Shown here piece by piece: positions 34,717 to 48,305 of a stretch of DNA of 64,000 nucleotides. Source of the DNA: Chiloscyllium plagiosum. Taxonomy: Eukaryota. Every line of letters begins with the position of its first letter. Positions within the stretch are counted from its first letter, which is position 1. The notes under the pieces were generated by a model. The model was not told where the DNA came from. It saw nothing but the letters and a program-made list of their open reading frames with translations, and made no database searches. The DNA is taken from assembly GCF_004010195.1 (NCBI RefSeq), contig NC_057718.1, forward strand, positions 85,290,580 through 85,354,579. Reading direction: 5' to 3'. The translations under genes and the position numbers were made by a program.

Positions 34717-37700
34717 TGAAATAGCTCTACAGAGACCGGTATTCCATCAGCAAATCACCCTTTTTTTAAACGTGGCAAGTCCTTGCCACTGATCCAGCTC
34801 CTTCAGAGTCAGTTCTCCGAGTGAACAGGATGTCTGACACTCCTGCTCATATCTGTCAGCCAGGACTCCCTGGTTGGATCAGATTAACAGCCCCAATCAG
34901 GGAACTCGTATTATATAAGGTCCACTTGGCTAACTTCGTTAAAATCACTACACTTCTCCCCCTCTGAGTTGAAGGACGTAGGCCAGTTTTTTTTCTCAGT
35001 AGTTCCTCATGGGGCATTTTAGCACTGAGTTAGATTCTTCCAACTCAGCCTCTGATACGGGAGTGGGGGGCATGTAAAACATCTCTTGTGCCTGGAGCAT
35101 CTTGAAAGAAATTTATTCTCTTTTCAGGTAGAAAGGGCATCATGGTGGTGGCATCCACCAGGTACATCTCAGATCCCGAGATATCTTCAATGCCTGACGG
35201 AGAGGGAGAACCCAAGGGTTCCAGAACACTTGGAAAGGCTGTCAAGGAACTGGGTACAATTTGCTTCCACATCGTTTATGGAGTTAACAGCTTTCATATG
35301 ATCTACGTACTTGCTCAGGTGTTCAGCTAGTATCTGGCAGAGATCTTTTGACTTGGAAAATCACTCTTGCTTTCCACAAAAATGCACAGTCCTCTATCGT
35401 GATCTGGTCTTTTTGGGTTGAAAAAAGGATTCAATTGTGTTTGTGACAGCCCTTTGGTTTTCCTCATCACCACCAGGTGTCTCAGTTTTGCCAGGACTGG
35501 ATCTTTCTGCTGATATCGTCAGCTGTGATTGGAAGTGTGTCCAGATATTTCAAAAGCATTATAGCTCTTCCAGTGGTGGTACCACTGGTGGTGTACCTGC
35601 CAGAAGGAGGGGTTTAACACAATCGCATTCGCTATTTGACCTCTCAGATGTTGTTCCAAAGCGTAATTATACTCACTTAGTATTAGACCCCACCGCTGAA
35701 TTCGGACTGAAGTTATGGTTGGTACTAACTTGTCCTCTTTAATTGGCCCAACAGGGGTTTGTGTTCTGTTATTATTCCAAATGTATGTCTGTAAAGATAT
35801 TGGTGGAACTTCCTGACTCCAAATATGACTGCCAAACATTCCTTCTCTTTCTGGACACATTCACGCTCTGTTTTGCCAAAGTCCTGGATTCATACACTAT
35901 TGGGCTTTTCTCTCCTTTGGGTCACCTATGAACGAATATTACCACAATGCTGTATGGAGCGGCATCGCGTGTCAATGCCAGAGCTCACTTGGGAATATAC
36001 TGTGCTAACACCTTAGAGGATGATAGCTGTTTCTTCACTTCCCTGAAAGGTACAGCGTGGATACCTTACCATCGCCAAGGCTGATCCTTTTTGAAGCATT
36101 GATGCAAAGGTGCCAGCATGGAGTCCAGGCGATGTATGAACTTTCTGTAATGATTCAACAGCCCAAGGAAAGACCTAAGTTCTGCAACTGATATAGGAGC
36201 TAGGCCACCTTTGATCGCCCTCACTTTATCTTCATGGCAGCAAGCCATGTAAATGGACTGCTTCAGTAACCTGGTCTTCAGTAGCCCGGTCTTGTTGACT
36301 CTAGCCCAAGTAGGTCACTTGGGGGTGCCAGGAACATGTACTTTTCCCTTCTAAGGTGTACACCCGCCTGGGAGAAATGTCTAAAGACCATGTCAAAGTT
36401 GTGTAAGTGCTCCTTATTGGTTTTCCTTGTTATTAACACATCACCTAGATAAATGGTGAGCTGGGGTAAACCTTGGAATTCTTCTCCATCATCCGCTGAA
36501 AAATTTCAGAGTGGCGATACCCAAAATGGCAATCTCATATATTGATACAAACACTTATAGCATACTTCTGGGTATCTTCATCTAACTGCAATTACAAGTA
36601 CACATTGCTCATGTCCAGCTTCATGAAGGACAGCTCCCTACCAGATTTACATATGCAAGGGATTGTATATTTATCCAGCTGTGAAAAGCTGTTTACCTTT
36701 GGTTTAAAATCCCCACAAAGGTGAACTAACTCATTGGGCTTCAGAATCAGTATGACTGGTGCTGCCCATTCTACACACTGTACTGGTTTGATGATCCATT
36801 TCGCTCTCCAACCTTCTGATTTCTGCGTCCACTTTTGCCCATAAAGAAAATGGCCTTGCAGAATCATAAAATTCCTGGTCAACATGCAATGTAGCCTTGG
36901 CTCCTTTTGTAGTCCCTATACCGTCTTGAAAAATATCCGTGTATTTAATTAGGACTTCACTCAGGCAGCATTTTCTAATTGAAAACCGTTAAGCCAATCT
37001 GGGTGAATATTTCTCAATCAATTTTGCCCCATCAAGCTTGGGCCAGGCAGTCATTTACTACAATCTGTGGAAACTGAACCAGCTGCTTCTCATCAGAGAC
37101 CAGAACCAAAATTATACCCTTAATCTGTAAAGGGTAAAGGGTATACCGGGTATTCCCCGGTATACGTTCTCAGCCAAGCCAAGGTCTTGCACAAACTTAA
37201 GGGTTGGAGCCCAGACCAAATTTTGGTAGAGCCTGATTCTACAATCACTGAAATAGCCTTATCGGTATCAACCTCCGTTAGAACCAGGTGACAATTTAAC
37301 CAGATGTTTATTTTGATAGGATGCGATTTGTATGTTGCTAAGCAATTTAACTGTTTCAAGCCAGATGTAGGTGGCCTTTACAGGGTGTGCACTCTCCTGG
37401 ATACTGGTCTGAGTCCTCTTACTCAACTTAAGTCTTGTGGGATCTTTTGCTGTCTTGAGTCTGCATACCAGCAGCAACTACATTGGCCTTGTCAGCCCAG
37501 ATTCTGAAGAAACTTTTAACTGTTCGGTCAATGCTTAGCTTTGTTCTGGGATTTTGCTGTGGGCTGATCTACAGACCCTCTATGCAAGATATGTTTTGAG
37601 TGAGGATCTGCAATTGTGTTCACTCAAGTGGTGTTCCCCATGCTCAGTTGGGCTGGCCAGGGTGTCTACTTCTGTCAGAATACCCTGGAACTCGTACACC

Positions 37701-38436
37701 TCACTTGCCACATTTTCCAGTGATAAAGCCAGTTGTAGTACCTGTTTGAAGACCAGTTGGGCTTCAGCTAGTAGGTTATTTTGCATGGTTACATCATTAA
37801 TACCACATACCAAACTAACAATCTCTCAGCATTACATTAAAGGTTAAACCAAAGTCACATTTCTCTGCAAGTCATCTTAATCTAGTCAATAATCTTGATA
37901 CAGATTCCACTGGTTCTCAAATTGCTGAGTAAAATTGATAGTGTCTCAGAATTAGAGGTGGTTTGGGGTTATAATATTCCTTAACTAAATCCATCAACTC
38001 TTGAAAGGTTTTAGTATCTGATTCTTCATGGAAATTTAGGCTCCTGATAACCTAAAAAGCTATGGGTCCACAAGCTGTCAGGAGGATTACTCATTGCTTT
38101 TCATCTGCCCCATTGTCAATTGCCTGGAAAAAATGACATTCTTTCTACATAATGAGCGCAGTCTTCAATAGCAGGATTAAACAAGTCAAGCTTCCCAAGT
38201 AATGGCATGTTACCAGAAATACTTACTCCACCTCAAAGATGACTGTTGAGAGTGAATTTCTTGAGGAGTGTGCTTTTCTCTCATTGCCACTGAAATAACT
38301 CATAGAGGCCAGTGTCCTGTCACCAAGTCACCCTTTATTTACATGTAGAGAGTTGTTGAAACTGATCCAGCCCCCCCTCAGACCCAGCTCTCAGAGTGAA
38401 CAAGATGTCTGACACGCCTGTTCATTTATTTCTCAG
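34717..38436 (-). mobile_element. Ty3/Gypsy (Mag-like) LTR retrotransposon, decayed
   Basis: 3' LTR 34952-34717 (TG...CA) preceded by PPT AGAGGGGGAGAAG. Truncated 5' LTR 38436-38291 followed by PBS-like TGGCAATGAG. Gag CGINDVTMQNNLLAE, protease EVDTDKAISVI, RT WAAPVILILKPNELVHLCGDFK, connection ELRSFLGLLNHYRKFI, RNase H end RIQRWGLILSEYNY. Integrase is mostly absent. Confidence 0.9.
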
Positions 38437-38557
38437 ATCCCTCGCACCCCTCCCCCCCCCAGCAATCCTGATGAAGAGCTTATGCTCGAAATGTCAACTC
38501 TCCTGACCCTCGGGTGCTGCCTGACCAACTGTGCTTTTCTAGTGCCACACCTTTTGA
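38430..38557 (+). mobile_element. Penelope pseudo-LTR (family A) with hammerhead
   Basis: CTGATGA (38468) AGAGCTTATGCTC GAAATGTC plus the family tail. Confidence 0.8.
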
Positions 38558-41500
38558 CAATGCCCTCCTGCACTGTACATTGAACCAGGGTTGATCCCTT
38601 GGCTTGATGGTCATGGTTGAGTGGGTAATGTGCCAGGCCTTGAGGTTGCACGTTGTGCTGGAGTACAATTCCGCTGCTGTTGATGGTCCATAGTACCTCA
38701 TGGATGTCCAGTCTTGAGTTGCTAGATCTGTTCGATTTCTGTCCCATTTAGCATGGTGGTAGTGCCACACACAAGATGGAGGATATTCTCAACATGAAGG
38801 CGGGACTTAATCTCTCTTACCGATACTATCATGGACAGATGCATCTGCAACCAGTAGATTGGTAACGAAGAGGTCATGTATGTTCTTACCTCTTGTTGGT
38901 TCCCTCACCACCTGCTGCAGACTCACTCGAGCAGCTATGTCCTTTAGTACCTGACCACCTTGATGAGTAGTGCTTCGTGCTGAGCCACTCCTGGTGTTAG
39001 ACATTGAAATCCCCCACCCAGAGTACTTGGGAGCTCTATTTCTGGACTGCCGTTTCTTAGTCAATTTTATTCCTTGTGACGAACAGCTTTTGGGAGCTCC
39101 AATCCATACTGCAGCTAGGACACCTCCCTTCGTTGAAAGATGGAAGCTAACTTTATCTTTGGTTCGTGACGTATGCATCTAGGCCCCAGCTGAGTATGCA
39201 GACAGTCAGCAGCACTTTCAACACTGGGGTGCACTTTCAACTGGTCTTCAAACAGGTGCACCTCCAAAAAAAATGGAGATGAAGGAGCAGCATAGAGTTC
39301 GACCAGCATCACCTTGATCTGGTACAAAGTAACCATGCAAGATGATCATTGCAGCAGCTGTAATGAATTTTTAGCCCTAACAGTGGAATTAAGAAACAGC
39401 AAAGGAGACACTAATCTAGTGGGAGCTGTCTGCAGATGCTGCTCAGATTCCTGATGTCCTCTAGAGGGTGCTAGGCAATCTGTATCTTATTCTTTCAGGA
39501 ATTTGTGGTCATGATCAAATGGATAAGGGCTGTTTATTTCCTGCAAATTGTGGAACATCATGCGTTAGAAGCAGCAAGAGCATGCTGAACAGGTTGGTTA
39601 AAAATATTCACACAGCCCAATAGTAAGTGTTCCTACCTTAGGTTCAAGGTCCATGTTCAAGTCTGACCAGTACTGCAGGTGTGTGTCATAACGCAATCAA
39701 CAAAGAAAAAGAAGACAAAAAATAAATCTTGTAGCACAGTGATAGTAGTGGCACCATTTGAAAAATCTAAGCCCTTTTATTTAATGATCAGAAACTAGAC
39801 AACAGGTGAGTTTAATTTGATTTTTACTCATGAGAATAATGTGTTTAATTCACTTGTACAACACATCCGGCGTTATCCTTATTCTAGCTAATCCTTACCC
39901 TCATCGTTCTAATTGCAATTGCAAAAGTAATCTGCTTTGGTGTAAGACAAAGGATTCATCCCATGCACTGAGATGAACATTTTATAGAAAGTAAAGATTT
40001 TAACTTCTCTCCAATTCTAAGTTAAGGGAGTAATTTTAATCTGTTGTCCTATTAGCAGGTAAATCTGTGTCAGCCACCTGTCTGGTTGGCTTAAATAGCG
40101 TCAGCGGTTAAGTTCATTAATTAATAAAGGCTAAAAATGGCAAATTGCCAAGATTTATGGTTCAATGCTGTGCAACATTGTCAGAGAAGACCAGTTCCTG
40201 CAGTAGGGATTTTCAACACAGGAAAATTGGGAAAAATTGACAAATCAGTCAACCTCGTGAATCTTCATGGGCGACAATTGCAAGTGTAACCGACTAGGTG
40301 AAAATGGTACCTAGAAAGATCGAATACTGATTGAATTTTAATCTTTGCAAATTTAACCCTGACAGAACAACCCAAGATGCTGCATGGGTTACTCATGCTC
40401 CTAAGTAGCCATCTACCCTTTCCCTACGTTGGAAAAGCTAAAATTAACATTTCAAAGTTAACTGTACACTGTTTTTCATTTTACTGCAATTAATGTGCCT
40501 CATTTTCGTACTTGCTTTAGTTTGACCACTCAAATCATTTGGACCATTTGTAACAATTCAAAATCAAAAGCATTTCATATGAAGGAAAACTACATGGTAC
40601 AACTGGCATGTCAATAACTGACTGTTCCCATCCTCCCTATTTAACTTTTCTAATTATTATATTTTTGTATTTTTCAAAGACTGGAGGATTCTGCTGTGGC
40701 CAAAATGTTTTCAAAGATGTAGCATGGAACGGTAAATGAAAGAATTAGGCAAGTGTCTGTTTGGACCATCACATTTTTAATACCTACATTGAAGCATTTC
40801 TGTTTATCTCTAAAACAGTAATTAGTGGCACTTTGTCCTTCCTGACAATATGGCACCAGCTGGTCCCTCTGAGATTGGCAAATGTTAGACACATTGCTAT
40901 TTTCCCTGTGTCTGCGGTGCTACAGGTTATGAATCGTTTTGTTAATGTTTACCAGTCTGAAGCAATCAGCCTGTTATTCATTATCTCAGTTAACAAGCAC
41001 TGGAGCCTGCACAAGGCCCAATCTGTTTCTTGAAGAGATTGTTTAGGGTGCATAGAATATTTATTGGTCAAGCCAATTAATATCCCCTCATTGATTATCT
41101 AGGGAATTCCACTGAGTGGCAAGAGGACACCAAAATAAACATTTATTCCCCTTTGTGTCTCTAAGCTGAATGGATAGAGCATCACAAGCTTGGAGCTGCC
41201 ATATGCTGTCAGTACAGGGTACTGCCGGGTTATAATGCGACTTGTTAGAGACTCACAGCCTGTCTATTCTCTGCGGTCATGTGGAGCAGCTGGGGGTTGG
41301 GGGTTGGGTGGTGGTGGTGAGGGGAATCAAACTGTAGCCACTCTCAGTGGGCGTGACAGTCTCATCTAAATAGCTGCACAGTTGAGCAATTCCATTGTTC
41401 CCTACAGGTCATTACATCTGCTCATTAACAGTCATAGCAAACGTGGAGAAAGAAAGGGCTGAAGCCCCAGAGAGCAAGGAATCCAAAATGCACCCGATGT

Positions 41501-41629
41501 CAATTGCAATTAATATCTAAACATGTCAGCTTGCTGATGACATTTGTTGCTATTATCCTAGCATTAAGCAGTTTGGAGCCAGTTTATAGCCAGTCCAGTT
41601 TAGAGTCTGGTCAGTGATAGATCCCAGGA

Positions 41630-43185
41630 TGGGAGGAAGTGAGGACTACAGATGCTGGAGATCAGAGTCAAATAGAGTGGTGCTGGAAAAACACAGAAGG
41701 TCAGGCAGCATCCGAGGAATAGGAGAGTTGAAGTTTCAAACATAAGCTCCTCATCAGGAAGGTGGTGGGGGAAGGGGGTCCCAAGGCTGAGAGATAAATG
41801 GGAGTGTGGTGGGGCTGGGAGGAAGATAGCTGGAATGCAAGAGGTAGATGAAGGTGATAGGCCGGAATGGAGGGTGGAGTGGATAGGTGGGAAGGAAGAT
41901 TGACAGGTGGGACAGTTCAAGAGGGCGATGCCATGTCGGAGGGTTGGATCTGGGATAAGGTGGGGGAGGGGAGATGAGGAAACTGGTGAAGTTCACATTG
42001 ATCCCATGTGGTTGGAGGGTCCCAAGGTGGAAGATGAGACATTCTTCCACCAGGTGTTGGGTGGCTAGAATTTGTTGGTGGAGGAGGTGCAGGACTTGCA
42101 TGCCCTTGGCAGAGTGGGAAGGGGATTTGAAGTGTTCAGCCACTGGACGGTGGGGTTGTTTAGTGTGTGTCCCAGAGATGTTTTCTGAAACGTTCCGCAA
42201 GTTTGCATCCTGTCTCCCAAATGTAAAGGAGACCACATTGAGATCAATGGACACAGTAGATGTCGCATGTGAGGTGCAGGAAAATCTCTGTTGGACGTAG
42301 AAAGATACTTTGGGGTCTTGGATGCAGGTGAGGGGGAAGGTGTGGGCGCAGGTTTTACACCTCTTGCAGTGGTAGGGGAAGGTGCTAGGAGTGCTGGGTG
42401 GGTTGGGGGGGGTGGTGTGGACCTAACAGGGCGTCACGGAGGGAATGGTCTCTGTGGAACGCAGATAGGGGTGGGAAGGGAAATATATTTCTGGGGCAGA
42501 AATGGTGGAGGATAATGCATTGTATCTGGAGGTTGGTGGGTTGGAAGGTGAGGATCAAGGGCGTTCTGTCCTTATTGCAATTGGAGGGGTGGGGTTCAAG
42601 GGTGGAGATGCGGGAAGTAGAAGAGATATGCTGGAAGGCATTGTTGATCACATGGTGGGAGGGGAAAGTGCAGTCTTTGAGGAAGAAGCCATCTGAGATG
42701 TTCTGCAGTGGAATTAGTCCCCCTGGGAGCAGATTTGGGGAGACAGTGGAATTGGGAATAAGTGATAACATTTTTACCAGGGAGGGGGGTGGTGTGAGAA
42801 GGTCTAGTCCAATTAGCTGTTGGAGTTGGTGGGTTTGAAGTAGATGTCTATGTTAAGCTGGCTGCCGGAAATAGAGATGGAGAGGTCCAGGAAGGGGAGG
42901 GAGGTGTCTGAGATGGTCTAGGTGAACTTGAGGTCAGGGTGGAAAGTGTTCGTGAGGTTGATGAACTGTTTAACCTCCTTGTGGGAGTGCGAGGTAGCGC
43001 CAATACAATCATTGATGTAGCGGAGGAAAAGGTGGGAAATGGTACTGGTGTAGCTGCAGAAGTTGGACTATTCCATGTACCCAACGAAGAAGCAGGCATA
43101 GTTGGGGCGCATACAGATGTCCATGGCTACCCCTTTGGTCTGAAGGAAGTGAAAGGATTCGAAGGAGAAATTGTTGAGGGATGTT
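41630..43185 (-). mobile_element. Penelope family A, 5'-truncated (RT C-terminus, GIY-YIG, pseudo-LTR)
   Basis: QTKGVAM...PNYACFFVGYME...FLRYINDCIG, then LHLGD...HTKQPHRPVAEHF. Hammerhead CTGATGA at 41757-41751. Confidence 0.9.
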
Positions 43186-43661
43186 CATTGTAGGAGATAC
43201 AGCAATGGTGATGTCGTTGAATGTCAAGGAGAGTTGGTTAGATTCTTTCTTGTTGACAGTTGCCATTATATGGTATTTTAATGTCTAAATATTAGTTGCA
43301 CCTGTCAATCAAACCCTGAATGTTATTTAGATCTTGGTGTATACAGACACTGACTACTTCAGTATTTGAATTATTGTGAATGGTATTGAATAATGTGCAA
43401 TCACTAGTGAACATCCTCACTTCATGAATTGGGAAGATCCATGATGAAACATAGACATATGAAATGATGTCAGGAGCTGAGTGGCACTGGTAGAACTAAA
43501 ACTGAACATTGGTGAGCAGGTCATTGCTGTGTAAATACGGGTTAGTATCACACCATCCATCACTTTGCAAATGATCGAAAGTAGACTAATGGAGTAGTAA
43601 TTGGCTTGATCAGTTTTGTAGTGGACAGGGCATAGCCTGGCACTTATCACATTGTCCAATT

Positions 43662-44000
43662 AGAATCATAGAATCTTTACAGTGTGGAAACCAACAAGTC
43701 CACACCGACCCTCTGTAGAGGATCCCATCTAAACCCATTTCCCCAACCCTATTATTCTACATTTACCCCTAAATAATGCACATAGCCTACACACCCCTGA
43801 ACACTATGGCTGATTTAGCTTGGCCAATTCACCTAACCTGCACAATTTTGGACCGTGGGAGGAAGCCAGAGCATCTGGAGGAAACCCATACAGACACGGG
43901 GTAAACGTGCAAACTCAAGACAGTCACCCGAGACTGGAATCGAACCTGGTTCCCTGGCGCTTTGAGGCATAAGTGCTAACCAATGGACCACCGTGCCACC
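43662..44000 (-). mobile_element. HE1 V-SINE
   Basis: Head GGTGGCACGGTGGTCCATTGGTTAGCAC, V-domain, and tail CCACACTGTAAAGATTCTATGATTCT. Confidence 0.92.
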
Positions 44001-44861
44001 ATGATTAATATCAGTATTGCAGCTATACTGGAATAGCTTAGTTTAGGGGCACAGGTAGTTCTGGAGCACAGATCCTCAATATTGCATCTTTTGCAGGATG
44101 TAGTCATGGACCATACTGTTTTCTGCATCAGTACCTTTAGCCATTTGTTGATATCATGTGGAGTGAACCACAGTGTGAAAAATAGTATCTGAGATGTTGG
44201 GGCCTCAGAAGAAGGCTGCATGTGGTTGCAAGTGCTTCATTCTTGTCATTTGCATTGCTGGACTCCAATATTGTTGAAGACATTTATGGAGCCTCCTCGT
44301 ATGGTTAGTTGTCCACCACTCTTTATGATAGAATGTGGCAGGTGTGCAGAATTTAGATCTGATTTGTTAGTTGTGGAATCACTTAACTGTATATACTGTT
44401 TTCACTGTTTAGCATGCATTTATGCCAATGTTGTTGATTCACAGGTTGACAGCTAACTTTTGGGTATGGTTGGTGCTGTTTGTGATATGCTGTCCTGCAC
44501 TCCTCAGACATGGGTTCATATCCTGCCTTTGTGGTAGATTGAGGGATATGCTGGGACATGAGGTTACAGATTATGGTTGCGTATAATGATGCTATTGATG
44601 ATTTCTGGTGATTCAAGGATGCCCAGTTTTCAGCCGCTTGATTCTTTTTTATTCTATCCTACTTAAATGGTCATAAGGCTACACAAGACCTTTGTCTCCA
44701 ACATGACTGAGTGCTGGCCACTGCTACCAATACAGTCAGGTGCAGTAGCAGCTGGATTGGTGAGGGTGAAGCTAAGTAGGTTTTTTTTCATTGCTTTGGT
44801 TCATTTACAACTTGTGACAATTTCTGAGGTAGCTGCTTCCTTCAGGGCTTAGGCAGAAGCT

Positions 44862-45028
44862 ACACAACACCAGGTTATAGTCCAACAGGTTTATCTGGAA
44901 GTGACTTCACTTGACAAAGGAGCAGTGCTCTGAAAGCTTATGACTTTAGGTAAATATATTGAACTATAACCTGATATTGTGTGAACTTCTTACTTTGTTC
45001 ACCCCAGTCCAACACCAGCATCTTCACT
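44862..45028. mobile_element. Palindromic Penelope mini-element (family N), decayed
   Basis: ACACAACACCAGGTTATAGTCC ... AACTATAACCTGATATTGTGT inverted arms. Degenerate hammerhead TTGACAAAGGAGCAGTGCTCTGAAAGCTT. Confidence 0.75.
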
Positions 45029-46009
45029 ACGGGACTTAGACAGCTGGTTCAGTCGTGGTGGTACCAAGCCCCTCTTGGTATGGACATTGAAGCATGTCAC
45101 TCTGATAAATACTGTGCCCTTGACACCCTTATCAAATATCATTGAGGGCACCCCTTCAACCTTCACTGCTCCAAAGAAAATAACCCTCGCTCATGTAGTC
45201 TGTCCAGCCTGGGAAACATCCTGGTCAATCTTTCTCCAGTTCAGTCACATCCTTATAGTGACAAGACTGCATAAAGCCTCTAATTTTAGCCTAATCCACA
45301 TCCTTTATTGATCCACCAAAAACCTCTCAGCTCCTGTATTCTACATCTTGACTAATAAAGGCAAGTGTAATTCATTTGTCTGCTTTTGAACCAGTGCTCC
45401 CCTAACTTGATATGAATTAAAAATGCAATCATTTTGTAATTCCAGGTTATTTACATGTAACAGAAACAGGAAAGCAGCAGAGACAATGTGGATCAATTGC
45501 GCACTCCATTATGACAAATTACTGCTTCTCTCTCTTTATCCCATTTGTAAAGGTTTATTTGAAAACCAAGACCATCTTCAATGTGGATGCTATAATTGCC
45601 CACTTCTAGTCTACTCAATTCTATCCATTAGTTATTAGAGTATTCAAAATAATATTTGAACAATTTTTCAAAACATACTGACCTGAATTTTTCAATGGCC
45701 AGACAGTCATTATGCCTGCATGGATAGGGGTTGTGCATGGGACCTTGTGGAAATCCATTGTTGTAAACTCTGGAGGAATTGTTCAGGCAGCTGAAGTTAC
45801 TGCTGGACAATTCCCCATGCATGGGACTCACTGTACATCTTTATTTAAATCTGACACTTCAGAGGAAGAAAGGAAAAAGAAAACACAAAATGCTTGAGTT
45901 AAAAATGGCCAGAAATTAGTAAATATTATTGTCCAGTGAGTTAGGGTTATTTTATACACAAATATCAACAAGTTAACATGTTGGTAGAGCCAACAAATAG
46001 GAGGACAAA

Positions 46010-46228
46010 TTGGTTTGAATGTGGAATGAACTGCCAGACGAAGTAGTAGATGCAGGTACAGTTTTAATGTTTAAAATGCATTTGGACAGGTACATGAATG
46101 GGAAAGGTTTAGAGGGCAATGGGCCAGACACAAGCAAATGGGACTAGATTAGTTTGGCAAACTTGGTCGGCACAGACAAGTTGGACCAAAGGGTCTGTTT
46201 CAGTGCTGGATGACTCTGAATCTCTATG
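46010..46228 (+). mobile_element. CR1/HER1 3' end
   Basis: VWNELPDEVVDAG...FKMHLDRYM and tail TTGGACCAAAGGGTCTGTTTC. Confidence 0.8.
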
Positions 46229-47984
46229 AATCCAAGTGTTCCAAGTATTTAGACTTATTACATGTGAGAACTAGTAACATGCTATGAATTGCAAAGTTTT
46301 AAGGCTAATTAGTTTAAAGAATCAATATGTGATGGATGGTAGTTACAGGAAGTCTCAGATGGTAGTCTCAGATACAGTCACATAGATGGGTTAACTCCAG
46401 GAAAGGTAAGAGAGGTTGGCACCTAATGCAGGTGTGTTCTGTGGCTATCCCCATTTCAAACAGGTATGCTGTTTTGGAAAATGTAGGGGGTGATGGATTC
46501 TCAGGGGAATGTAGCACGAACAGCCAAGTTTCTGGTACTGAGACTGGATCTCATGCAATGAGTGGTACGTCGGGTTCCAAGAGCTCAATTGTGTTAGAGG
46601 ATTCTCTAGTCTAAGGTACAGACAGACATTTCTGTGGCCAGCAACGAAAAATCAGCATGGTGTGTGGCTTCCCTGGTGCCAGGATCAAGGATGTCTCAGA
46701 GAGGGTGCAGAAGTTCTCAAGGGGCAGAGGAGCCAGCAAGAGGTCATTGTCCACATTGGAACCAACGACGTAGGAAGGGAAAAGGTTGACATTCTGAATG
46801 GAGATTACAGAGAGTTAGGCAGAAATTTAAAAAGGAGGTCCTCGAGAGTAGTAATATCTGGATTACTCCTGGTGCTACGAGCTAGTGAGGGCAGGAAAAG
46901 GAGGATAGAGCAGATGAATGCATGGCTGAGGAGTTGGTGTATAGGAGAAGGATTCACATTTTTGAATCATTGGAATCTCTTTTAGGGTATAAGTGACCTG
47001 TACAAGAAGGACGGTTTGCACCTAAATTGGAAGGGGACTAATATACTGGCAGGGAGATTTGCTAGAGCTGCTCGGAAGGATTTAAACTAGTAAGGTGGTG
47101 GTGGGTGTGAGGATGGGGGGGGATCCCAGGGAGATAATGAGGAAAGAGATCAATCTGAGACTGGTACAGTTGAGAATAGAAGAGAGTCAAACAGTCAGGG
47201 CAGGTAGGGACAAGGTAGGACTAATTAATTAACCTGCATTTATTTCTATGCAAGGAGTCTAACAGGGAAGGCAGATGAACTCAGGGCATGGTTAGGAACG
47301 TGGGACTGGGATATCATAGCAACTATAGAAATATGGCTCAGGGATGGGCAGGACTGGCAGCTTAATGTTCCAGGATACAAATACTACAGGAAGGATAGAA
47401 AGGGAGTCAAGAGAGGAGGGGGAGTGGCGTTTTTGATAAGGGATAGCATTACGGCTGTGCTGAGGGAGGATATTCCTGGAAATACATCCAGGGAAGTTAT
47501 TTGGGTGGAACTGAGAAATAAGAAAGGGATGATCACCTTATTAGGATTGTGCTATAGACCATCTACTAGTCAGAGGGAAATTGAGAAACAAATTTGTAAG
47601 GAGATCTCAGCTATCTGTAAGAATAATAGGGCAGTTATGGTATGGGACTTTAAATTTCCAAACATCGACTGGGACTGCCATAGTGTTAAGAGCTTAAATT
47701 TGTTAAGTGAGTACAAGAAAATTTTCTGATTCAGTATGTGGATGCATCCACTAGAGAAGGTGCAAAACTTGACCTATCTTGGGAAATAAGGCAGGGCAGG
47801 TGACTGAGGAGTCAGTGGAGGTGCACTTTGGGGCCAGCGACCATAATTCCATTAGATTTAAGTTAGTAATAGAAAAAGATAGACCAGATCTAAAAGTTGA
47901 AGTTCTAAATTGGAGAAAGGCTAATTTTGATGGTATTAGGCAAAAACTTTCAAAATCTGATTGGGGGCAGATGTTCGCAGGTAA

Positions 47985-48305
47985 GATTAGATTAGATTAG
48001 ATTAGATTACAGTGTAGAAACAGGCCCTTCGGCCCAACAAGTCCACACCGACCCGCCGAAGCGAAACCCACCCATACCCCTACATTTACCCCTTACCTAA
48101 CACTACGGGCAATTTAGTATGGCCAATTCACCTGACCTTGCACATCTTTGTGATGTGGGAGGAAACCGGAGCACCCGGAGGAAACCTACGCAGACACGGG
48201 GAGAACGTGCAAACTCCACACAGTCAGTCGCCTGAGTCGGGAATTGAACCCAGGTCTCTGGTGCTGTGAGGCAGCAGTGCTAACCACTGTGCCACCGTGC
48301 CGCCC
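47985..48305 (-). mobile_element. HE1 V-SINE (young) inserted in CR1 ORF2
   Basis: Full GGGCGGCACGGTGG head and (TAATC)n tail. Nearly identical to 15845-16178. Confidence 0.95.

Larger units (their letters stand above)
33683..39030 (-). mobile_element. LINE family B (CR1/L2/Jockey group) broken by nested insertions; own sequence at 33683-34260, 34629-34716 and 38558-39030
   Basis: Endonuclease LQQVVREPTRGKNIHDLFVTN...DASVHDSIG (38807-38950), C-terminal WIDHINTVATRGGQRLGILKQV, and tail CAATAAATGCTGGCC. Confidence 0.75.
43186..45150 (-). mobile_element. LINE family B remnant, interrupted by HE1 and a family N mini-element
   Basis: CPVHYKTDQANYYSISLLSIICKVMDGVI (RT N-terminal NYRPISLLS). Colinear with 34140-34716 and 38558-39030. 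Confidence 0.65.

Noticed and set aside
46426..47090. Host SGNH/GDSL lipase gene
   Set aside because: It is the known esterase-type ORF1 of CR1 elements, directly upstream of ORF2 and disrupted.
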